DNA from: Octopus sinensis
Lineage: Eukaryota
Assembly: GCF_006345805.1 (NCBI RefSeq)
Contig: NC_042999.1
Span: 49,414,001-49,478,000, forward strand
Length of the DNA: 64,000 bases
Direction of reading: 5' to 3'
The notes under the pieces were generated by a model. It searched no databases and was not told the origin of the DNA. It saw only the letters and a program-made list of their open reading frames with translations. Shown in pieces: positions 53,944 to 64,000 of this stretch. A program made the position numbers and the translations under genes. Each line of letters begins with the position of its first letter. Position 1 is the stretch's first letter.

Positions 53944-56900
53944 ATGTTTCTTTATTAGCCACACAGGGCTGACACAGATAGAACAAATTACAAGGTAGAG
54001 CTTTTTTTTTGAAGGTATTAAAAAAAAAAAAAAAAAAAAAAAAGGAAGGGGGAGGTTCGATCAAAAGGGATCGTAAAAGGAGAGAAAGAGGACAAAAATA
54101 AGGGGGGTTAAAAAAAAAAAAAAAAAAAGGGGGAGAGGAAAAAAAATGATCAATAGGGATCGTTATCACAGAAATGTCAATATGAAGTGTAAAGGGGAGG
54201 ACAGGTGAGGTTTACCCGTGGGAAGAAAAGCCTGCGGAAAAGACCACGGTAACCTCGGTCAATGAAGTCACATTTTATATTTCTTTTTTTTTTTTTTTTT
54301 TTTTTTTTGCAAATAAGCAACTCTCTTTTTCGATTTCTGGGTTCATAGGACTATGCTCAAGGTGGCTTCGTCATTCATACGTGCCATTCTTGCTACATTC
54401 ACCCATCTTTTTTTAAAACATTCGCTAGACAAACTTGCCTCTCTACTCTCACTTTCCTTTTCAAGTGGTACTTGAAGAAGTTGATGAGAGATTGACCAGA
54501 GAGGAAAGTGTTTGTCTCCAATCCTTTCAGACGCGTCCACCAGATACATTCTTTCGCCATAGCCACAAGGATGATGAAAATAGCTCTTCCTTCCCGTTTG
54601 AAGGAAGGAGGCGTGACAATATTGACGATAGACTCAGCTGATAAACCGACTCGTCCCACACGTGACAGCAGTTGTTCGACATAAGCCCACAGGTCGGAAA
54701 TTGTTGGACACTGAACGAGTGCGTGCAGAACGGTTTCGTCGCTCTGACCGCATCTCGGGCAGGTCGGCCCCGTGTTTTTTCGAGCCGTGTCTGTAGAGCT
54801 TATCCCGAACGGGTAGCGCTTCTCGGTAGCACTGCCAGGCCAGGGATCTCTGGAAGTTGTCCATGGCCCTGGCCCGAAAGTCGTCCCGAACAGGCGGGTC
54901 AGGTACTCCTCGTCGACGTCCAGGTTCGCCCCGAGCTCGTCGTCGTACCTCCCCTCCACTAAACCCCTATAGAATGCTTTGGTTGTGTTGAAGTCACTTA
55001 AGGTCGACCCAGGACGGCAGAGTTGCTTGAGAGCAACGCGACACTCGCGGTGCCATTCGCCCTTCCTCGGCCTCTTTTTGATCCACGACTGCAGTTCGGT
55101 CATGGAGACGAGCTGCGGGAAAGCGTGCCTCACAAACGGCGACCACACCTGTTCACCGTCGTCTACATAGAGCCAGAGATGTCGCAGTCTCAGCGCGTGT
55201 CTGCGCATCATCAACCACGGCATGCCCAGCCCTCCTTTTAACGGGTGTTGACAGCAAATGGATCGCCTGACCATCGGACGCATCCTTTCCACAAGAAGCG
55301 AAAGAGGATGCGTTGTAGTTTGGTGATGGTAGGGTCGGGACAAGGTACGACGGTCAGGCGGTAGTAGATGACGGACGCGATGTACGTGTTCGCCACCTCC
55401 GCTCGACCTTTTAGGGACAGTTTCCTCTCGGCCCATTGCCGGGCGAGAGTGACCACCCTACTCGTTATCTCGTTTCCAGTTCTTCTCCACTTGGAGGTCC
55501 GACCAAACCAGACCCCGAGCAACTCAACCGGGCCGTCGGTCCAGCGTCCCACGACGGAGGCGCTGGTGGACGGCATGGGCTTGCTTCTCCAGGTGCCTAG
55601 TCGCAAGCCCACTGACTTTTCCCGGTTGATTTTTCGCTCCTGTCACCGCTTCGTAGTTTTTTCAGTGTCTCGCCGACCAGCTCGATGTGCTCGTGGCTAG
55701 ACACTATGACGGTGACGTCGTCCGCGTATGCAGACACGCTCGTCCCGCATCCCAATTCTCGCGGGATGCCCCTTAGAGTCGCCAGCTTCCGCAGTAGTGG
55801 CTCAAGAGTCAATACGTATAGAAGCGCCGAGAGGGGGCATCCCTGACGGACCGAACGTGCAATGTCGAAAGGTCTCGATAGATGTCCATTTACGCGAATT
55901 ACCGAACGGATGCCTCTGTACAAGGCAGCTATCCAGCCGCGGAAGACGGGACCGAAACCAGCCGCTCTCAGGACTGCCTCCAAGTATCGATGGTCTACCC
56001 TATCAAAGGCTTTTGATTGATCCAAGTTGATCAGGGCCCCACCCATGCCAGGTTCGTTAACTACCCTGTCTATGATGTAGCGCATCAGATGGAGGTTGTC
56101 ATGGATGGTCCGGCCTGGCACGGCGCATGTTTGCGCCTTGTCGACCAGTTTCTCGATGACAAGCGCCAACCTCTTGGCTAGCACCTTGGCCAAAATTTCA
56201 AGTCTGCATTAAGCGAGTGATGGCCTAAAGTTATCTATTACATTTCCCTTGTTTAGATCTTTCTTCAGCAGTGTTACGGCTCCTCGGCTCACAAAACCAG
56301 GAATGCTCCCGTTTTGCTGCCAGTTGCAGTACACCGCCGCCAAGAGATCTCCAAACAAGTCTGGCATACAATTGTAAAGCTCGTAGGGTAGACCATCCAA
56401 ACCCGGTGATTTGTCCCTCGAGCATTCTGCCATCGCTTCCCGCACTTCCGCCGCCGTGATGCACCTTCGCAGCACCCTGCCTTTCTTGTCGAGAGTCGTG
56501 GTAGGCTATGTAGGTAGGCACTGAAGTCCACCCTACGTTCTTGCCCTCCACTCGTTCCGAACAGTCGGGCAAAATGCTGCTGAAAGGCCTCACACATTTT
56601 ACTTGGCTCGAGCAATTCGCGCCCCTGTTCATCTACCAGTGACCGAATGGTGGCTTTGTTGCCCTGTTGCGCCTCTGCCACCCGGGCCTCTCTCGCGGCT
56701 CCAACACCTTCGTTCCTTAGAGCACGCATCCTAGCTCTGACAGCACATCCTTCGTGTTTGGCGTTGAAGTGTTGGTCGAGGCCAACCTCGCCGCCAAAAC
56801 GTCGGATGCGATGCCGCTTCTAATTGCCTCTTCTAGCTTCTTACTAGCTCACCCTCTACTCTATTTCTATCTATGGCTAGTGCTTTGCTGTACCTAATCG

Positions 56901-57660
56901 CTTCTTTTACTGCTCTCTTGAGGGCAAACCACCATTTGTTGTTGATGATGGCTCCCGTCAAAGCCCTCTTTACTAGTGTGCTAATCCGGTCTCTGAAAAC
57001 TTGTCTCGATGGGAAAGACGCGTTTAGTTTCCAGTATCCGGGACCCTGCCTAAGTGTCTTACCTAAGTCTAGCGTACATGTCACAAGTTTGTGATCCGTG
57101 TAGCTGACTATGTGGAATTGTGGACATCCTATGCTATCTCTATCTACTGTCCTACACAGTATCCTATCTAGATACGATCTCGACGACCCGATGCGGTTGC
57201 TCCATGTCCACGTTGGCGCATTCGGGTGGTCTAGTCGAAACCTGTCAGACAGTTGAAAGCGTCTGAGCAGGTCTCTGAGGCATTTGCATCCCCGTCTATT
57301 CCTATCTCTACCCACGTAGTCTACATGCGTGTCCAAGGTATGTCTCGATGGGAAAGACGCGTTTAGTTTCCAGTATCCGGGACCCTGCCTAAGTGTCTTA
57401 CCTAAGTCTAGCGTACATGTCACAAGTTTGTGATCCGTGTAGCTGACTATGTGGAATTGTGGACATCCTATGCTATCTCTATCTACTGTCCTACACAGTA
57501 TCCTATCTAGATACGATCTCGACGACCCGATGCGGTTGCTCCATGTCCACGTTGGCGCATTCGGGTGGTCTAGTCGAAACCTGTCAGACAGTTGAAAGCG
57601 TCTGAGCAGGTCTCTGAGGCATTTGCATCCCCGTCTATTCCTATCTCTACCCACGTAGTC

Positions 57661-57661
<1 letters not shown>
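53944..57661 (-). mobile_element. 5'-truncated L1/Tx1-clade non-LTR retrotransposon (ORF2 + 3'UTR) inserted in (GATA)n
   Basis: Minus-strand ORF blocks give the APE C-terminal half (TWTWSNRIGSSRSYLDRI, YTDH, GPGYWKLNASF), RT motifs (NLDQSKAFDRVDH, SVRQGCPLSALLY, SAYADDVTV) and a C-terminal CPRCGQSDETVLHALVQCP knuckle. The 3'UTR ends in AATAAAGAAACAT followed by (ATCT)n. Confidence 0.95.
54343..57654 (-). pseudogene. ORF2 (endonuclease / reverse transcriptase) of the Tx1-like LINE, broken by single-base frameshifts
   Basis: Consecutive ORFs 56833-57654, 56209-56475, 55597-56193, 55238-55612 and 54399-55436 join into one L1/Tx1 ORF2. The breaks examined are 1-nt indels, mostly in homopolymers. 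Confidence 0.9.
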
Positions 57662-57737
<76 letters not shown>

Positions 57738-60596
57738 ACAGAGATAGACGTGTGTGTATTTGTGTATATATTGTATCTCCTTAAAATCTGTGTTGTTCAT
57801 CATATTCCTTAGAGCGCTTCGACAAATATTACGCGATAAAATATATATCAGACCTATTAAAAATATGTTCATTAGAGCCTATGTGACTGGCTAAACATTC
57901 AAGGTGGTGCTGCAGCATGGCCGCCGTCCAACGACTGAATGTCACAAAAGGATGAAGACTAAATCTCATCATTATTCATTTAATTCTAATTTGTAAGTCA
58001 AAGAGATATCATTTTCTCTCATACGCATTTATTTACCATTTTTATGAGCAAACATGTTGATATGTATGAGAGGCATGTTGTAAGAGTGAATGTCTTTTAT
58101 ATAGTGAAAAGCTGAAGTTAAATGGAGTTAGTACATTACATGATTTTATGGTTTAGACTCAAATTTAGAGGGAAAAGAATAGAAGTGTGCATTAGAGAAT
58201 GGTAGAGTTTTAGTGTCGGTTATGGAGATTCTAACCTTATGCTTTATGGTATCTATTTCCGTGCTTCTCGCTTTAAATTCCGTCAGAATCGATAACAGCA
58301 ATTAGTGAAAAGGAATTCACTTTACTGAAAACTTACGTCATGATCGTTATGCTCAACCTACAAGAAACAGATGGATTGTAGTCATCGCAGCAAGTAATAA
58401 CGAGACCACTACTACCACGCACCCCCACCTGCGTCAGCTCCGTTAACAACAGCACCAACAACGTGTGAACTAGAAAGCCTCTATGTAGTCACCCGACTTG
58501 CTAGAAATAGTTATTAAATTTCCATCAAATCGAACTTCTAGGGAAAGGAAAAGACATATCGGTTAACATAGTCATACATAACCCTAAACAGATCAGATCA
58601 TCATAACTAGACTACTTTTGATTATATGTCGTCTCGCTGAGAAATTACCCAGGGTCAAACAACGGTAAAATCAGCTACAGGAGTGCTGACATAAACGTCG
58701 ATACACTCATTGGTCTGCTGTCAGTACAATTATTGATGCCAAAGAGCAACTTATGCCATCAATCCATTTTGGGTTGAGATGAAATATGACTAATTTCTTG
58801 ATGTCCATGGCATTTGCCACAACGGCAACAGGGCGGGGAAATGTTTACAGCTGCCAATCAAAAAAGGTTTCTTGCAATTGGTTGTTAACTGAAGGATTGC
58901 TTTAATCTAACATACTTGGCAAAGGCATTTATATGAAACTAACAATTTATCCGTGAAACATCTTGCAGTAACGTTTTGTGTTAAAAGGACATTTTGTTAA
59001 TGTAATATTTTATTCAATTCCGACATAACGTAACATTTTGTATTATTATATCGTAACGTAGCACTTTGTTTTCTTATGCATGCGAGTAATATTTTTCTTA
59101 ACATATGGTTATAACGTAAATTGTACAATGTTGACCATAACTTAATATTTTATACAGTCTTAATTTTAACATGCTTAACTCATTAACGTTTTGTGTTACA
59201 TCGCCTTAACAACATTTTTGTAGTATAACTTTCGATTTATATACGGCAGCTGCTACTACTACTTCTGTTATTGTTTAGTTTTCAGATCAATACTGCTCTA
59301 ACCAAATTAGCACGAGGGTTTCAGTCATGACCATCCCGATTTTTAATCAGTGTTTAAAGACACTGTGCGCCCTTCCATTTTCAAGGGAGCAGTTATGACC
59401 TGATTTGAGAGACTTGACGTCCGATTTCAGACAGTTGTGCATCTACGCCAAAGTTCACTCCATAGTGTTATAGAGTTAAATCAGCAATTATCCATTATTG
59501 AATCAGTAAACTAGTCATGACTACCCTGTCTTTTATTCAGTAATTTTAACACTACATTATCATGCGTTCACCAGTTTTCAACGATAGCTTGTGATTTAAA
59601 GGAGACATGTAGCCATTTCTAACCTAAAGATCGTAGAGAGTCCTTGGGCGAAGTCATTACATTACAGGTTCATGTTAGGTCGTCTCTAATCGAAGAAAAC
59701 TAGTAATGGCATTCAATCCATGACCATCTTCATTTTCCTTTCTTTGATTTTTCTTTTCTAAATATTAGCTATTTACCTTATCTAATATGTCCTTTCCTTA
59801 TTTGATATGTTTTGATGTAATTTCGAAATTCTTTGTTATCATTAAGAGCAGATCGAGCTTCCACACAAAATCTAAATATAATATAATATAATATAATGCT
59901 TATCGCATTATATTTTTTTAAAAAGTGGCAGAGGTAATTAGCCCAACGGCATCCAATTACCATTTTTTCTAAAAAATAAAGTGGTAAAGATTTTCTCTCA
60001 TAACGAGAATATAAGTCAGAATGATGATCCAACAGAGCACATTTTTGTATTACTGCCTCCAGTTATAACCGTAGACTACAACACTTTGACGTACCCAGGA
60101 TTAGGTGCATGCATATAAAACATAGATTCACACCACGACTCTAAATACGTCTTTTGAATCGTTGCTTTCGTTAGTCTTTTCGTTGTATTTTACTGTCATT
60201 TAGGCTCATGACCTTTCCTGATAGAGGAGACCTATGGTAGTATTTCCACCTATGACCATTCCTTTTGTTATATAGTTATTATCAAGGCTACATTACCTAA
60301 AATATCTTTCCTATTTTGCACGGTAAGGTATGATCTGAGGAGGATTTCAGATAACTGCATACAGTCTCTTCTTAATATCATGTTCTTGATGTTGTTTCTC
60401 TGCATTAAGCACTAAACTCATTCTATTTATCTGCGTTGTTCGTACGTTTCTCCTAAGCAAAGGCCATGTTGTTTCTATTACATGTTGAGGATTACTTATA
60501 CGCATATTTTAATTAGCTCTATCTCAAGATATCTAGAACTTTTGTGACACTAAAATTTCTATATCAATACGATACGGTATTGCAGTTATATATGTA

Positions 60597-60703
<107 letters not shown>

Positions 60704-61029
60704 TGTGTGTGTATGTATATATGTATCTATGCATGTATATGTATGTAGGTATGTACGTACAAATATATACACTATGAGAATATGTTATGTTTGTTTAATA
60801 TAATTTTGTAGATATCAAAGCTTCTAATCAACAGACAATCGATTATTGTTGCTCATGACCGAAATGGAGTTTGTGCTGAGTAAAAGATAAAAACACTAGC
60901 GAACACTAAATGATTTTTTTCATACGTCAGCGATAAGACTGCCAACAGTGTCAAATATTGGAGATATCTGACATGTACAATTCCTGTATTCTCTGACGGA
61001 AGTGTTATTCAAACTAACTTGACTGACCA

Positions 61030-62152
61030 CAATCTTCTACACGATAGATGAAGCATGCAGTGAAGTGGAAAAGACAATATCTATTATGCAGCAAAGAACA
61101 GTTAAGATGAACAATCATCAACTATCATCCAGGAATTTTACACCAGTACCCTCTGGCAGACTTCAATAATAGAAAGATTGCACATTCGACGTGCATGAAT
61201 CGAAGAAAGCGTAAGAATCCTAAAAGAGATAGTTTTAACGATAACTTACGTGGAGCACACAAAAGTAAAATATGCTTTAAAAGAGACTAATAAAAATGGT
61301 TTTAATATTTTCATCCTAAAGAAATTAGGCTGGTTTGTTCAAAAGTGATAATAGGTCAGTAATAGAACATTTGATCCATCTAAAACTGGCAATCAGTTGC
61401 ATATTATTTATTCATGGTCTGGTAAATGGTTATCATACTGCTGCTGTTTTGTTCCATAACATGCAACTTAAATTGAAACCTTTCGAGTTATCACTAACTA
61501 AGAGCCTGCGATTTTATACCTGAAAATGTAAACGATGGTTTTTGAAATTATTAAATTTAACGCGTTTTAAATAGCCTCCCAGCAACAAATATTTTAGAGG
61601 TTTCTGCTTTGATCCATTGTCAGCAGTGTTGCAATTCTTGATTCAAACGTTGTTACTATGTTCTTTGGGCACTGATAATCTGGAATCTCATCTCCTGTTC
61701 AAAATCCTTTCATGTCCTGATATTCTTAACCCCAGTTAATGATGTACGAAGATTTGAGGATTTAGTTGGAATTTTGAGCAACGAACACGAATATTCACTT
61801 GGGATGAAGCCTGCAAGATATGTCCATCTAAGATATTTAATACAACGTTTGAATATACATGAGCTTGGACAAATGACTTCCCACGCACTAATAATAGTAT
61901 TGAAATTTGGCAAAACACATTTAGCAAGTGTGTTGCCACTACTCATCTCCTATAACAGTCTCACGAAAGAAATTTAAACTGGTGCGAGATGCATATGAGA
62001 ATTTTATCGAGCGATTGTTTGATGGTATTGATTGTCCACCAAATAAAAGATATTCCGATGCAGTAAACAGACTAAAAGACATGGTAACTGGATATCATGC
62101 TTTCAATGATCGAATAATTAATTACTCGCTTCTTATAGCACTTAACTTATGA
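61030..62152 (+). pseudogene. Mutator-like (MULE) transposase relic
   Basis: Frameshifted pieces FIHGLVNGY, LNIHE, NDFPRTNNSIEIWQNTF (61881-61895 = PRTNN) and ENFIERLFDGIDCPPNKRYSDAVNRLKDMVTGY...YSLLIALNL* match the C-terminal half of FLYWCH-MULE transposases. Confidence 0.7.
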
Positions 62153-62445
62153 AATTTCTACAAGGAGAATATCCTGTCAGTCTTTTAACAATAATTTGTT
62201 TTTTGAGAAAAATTCTGTTTTTATTTTATATTCATAAATATCGTGTAGTAGATCGGGAAGGGAACAGCATTCGTTAAAAGGTCATGTCGCCAAATTCATA
62301 CGTCTATACACATACTGACAAATACACACACACACATACACACATATATGTATATATATACATAAATACATACGTACATACATACATACACACACACACA
62401 CGCACGCACGCACACACAAACACACACACACACACACACACACAC

Positions 62446-62505
<60 letters not shown>

Positions 62506-63837
62506 TTTCAAATAGGCTACGGGTAGAAATTCATTGGTAGTCAGAGATGCCTACACAGAAAGAAAGGGAAACAGTAAATAGCAAGTTTTCTCTCTCTCAC
62601 TCTCTCTTACTCTCTCTTATATGTCTATCTTTCTCCGCCCCTCTCTCTCTCTCTTGCACTCTTTATCCCTCTCTTTCCATCGGTCTCTTTCTTGCTCCTG
62701 AAATGTAAAATTCTTATTCTCCTCGCGGCAAACACTAGATTATGCAAAGTCCTAAAACTCAAGTGCATAATTGTACAATTTTGGCCGCCACTGACTAGCA
62801 CGAGGTTCCCCACGACTCTCATATATATATATATATATATGCAAGCTGTGTGTGTGTGCGGTGTGGTACGTGCGCGTGTGCACGTGTGTGTATTCTTGTG
62901 TATATGTGAGTGTGTGTGTTTGAGTGCATGCATAAATGTATGTGATATGCACAAAACATTTGTCTTTCTATATAAATACATATATATTCGTACACTACGA
63001 ATGCACGCCTTCATAGTGTTTGTGTGAATGTGACTGAATGTGTGTGCATGTGTTTTGTGTGTGTATCTGCCTGTCTGTGTGTCTGTGTCTGTGTAAGTCA
63101 GTGTGGAGGTAAGAAGGAAAAAAAATGAGAGAGAGAGAACGAGAGAAAGAATGACAGCGTGTATACATCCATATACGTGAATGCTAAAAGACACACTCAC
63201 ACATGCAGCCAAAAACTGATTCTCAGAATTTACATGTGCGAGATTATCGGAATCGTCATTAACTCTATAATTAATTACTTCCTATCTGCCTCATTAATCT
63301 CTCCCACTTGTGTGCCTCTCTCTCTCTTTTTTTTCTCTCGGCCTCCTCTCTTTTTCTCACTCTCCTCAAATCGCGATCGCATTAGCTTGATAAGCTTAAT
63401 AACATCAGGTACATATTGCCCTAATCTTATACAATTACATGAAAATAACATAAAGCGTATTGCTTCTTTCATTTACTTCTATTTCCTCTGTTTTTATATT
63501 TTCTATCAGCCAAGTAGGTTTCGTCATTGGTTTAATTATTTATTTAACAACGGTAGTTTGTTGCTATTGGTGGGGGTGCTTAACTCTGCCCTATCCCACT
63601 CTCAGCACCATTCATCAAGCAGACAGACTTGGATTAAAGAGGCTCCAGATATGAGTATATTGTCTCGTAATACGGTGACCTATATGTCCTTCCTTTCTAA
63701 AATGCGATACTGTCCGATTTAATAAATGTTTTGCTGCTATTTCTAATGGGTTTCCTGAACGCTTAGAGATTCACTGCTAAAATTTATTCACATTATTTAC
63801 ACTTGACGGATATTTGTCCTCATCTTGTTTGTTGTTA

Positions 63838-63881
63838 ACACAACATTTCGGCTGATATACCCTCCAGCCTTCATCAGGTGT
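63838..63881 (-). ncRNA. Minimal hammerhead ribozyme (Penelope-like terminal repeat)
   Basis: Minus strand: acac CTGATGA a ggctg gagggtatat cagcc GAAAT GTT gtgt. Confidence 0.7.
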
Positions 63882-64000
63882 CTTGGGGAAATTTCGAATA
63901 GTAATAGTAATAATAATAATAGTAATAGTAATAATAATAATAATAGTAATAATAATAATAATAACAACAACAACAACAACAACATCGAAAAATATCTTAG

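Noticed and set aside
54435-56729. Plus-strand and alternative-frame ORFs over the LINE
   Set aside because: Antisense or off-frame shadows of the GC-richer ORF2.

Overview
AT-rich, microsatellite-saturated eukaryotic DNA. The SINE, LINE and simple-repeat landscape resembles an Octopus (cephalopod) genome; this is inferred from recognition of repeat styles. No host protein-coding gene, true tRNA/rRNA gene or CRISPR array could be supported, and nearly all listed ORFs are microsatellite translations or antisense shadows. Recognisable content: (1) a young, 5'-truncated L1/Tx1-clade LINE (APE-RT-CCHC, minus strand, about 53.7-57.7 kb) embedded in a (GATA)n tract, with duplications at both ends; (2) an ORF1-only (HAL1-like) L1/Tx1 relic at 30.5-31.8 kb; (3) relics of restriction-like-endonuclease LINEs (R4/Dong-like) associated with (AAT)n and (CATA)n; (4) a MULE transposase relic and a non-autonomous Helitron; (5) at least four tRNA-headed SINE families. 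The most striking unlisted signals are: (a) about 14 type-I hammerhead ribozyme motifs from several unrelated Penelope-like repeat families, including an apparently intact one at 7065-7178 and four 270-425 bp fold-back elements whose inversion point lies in or next to a hammerhead; (b) a Nin/Deu-domain SINE whose 3' tail matches the Tx1 LINE 3' end (42/49 nt), and which occurs as a TSD-flanked dimer and as a 184-bp tetramer.
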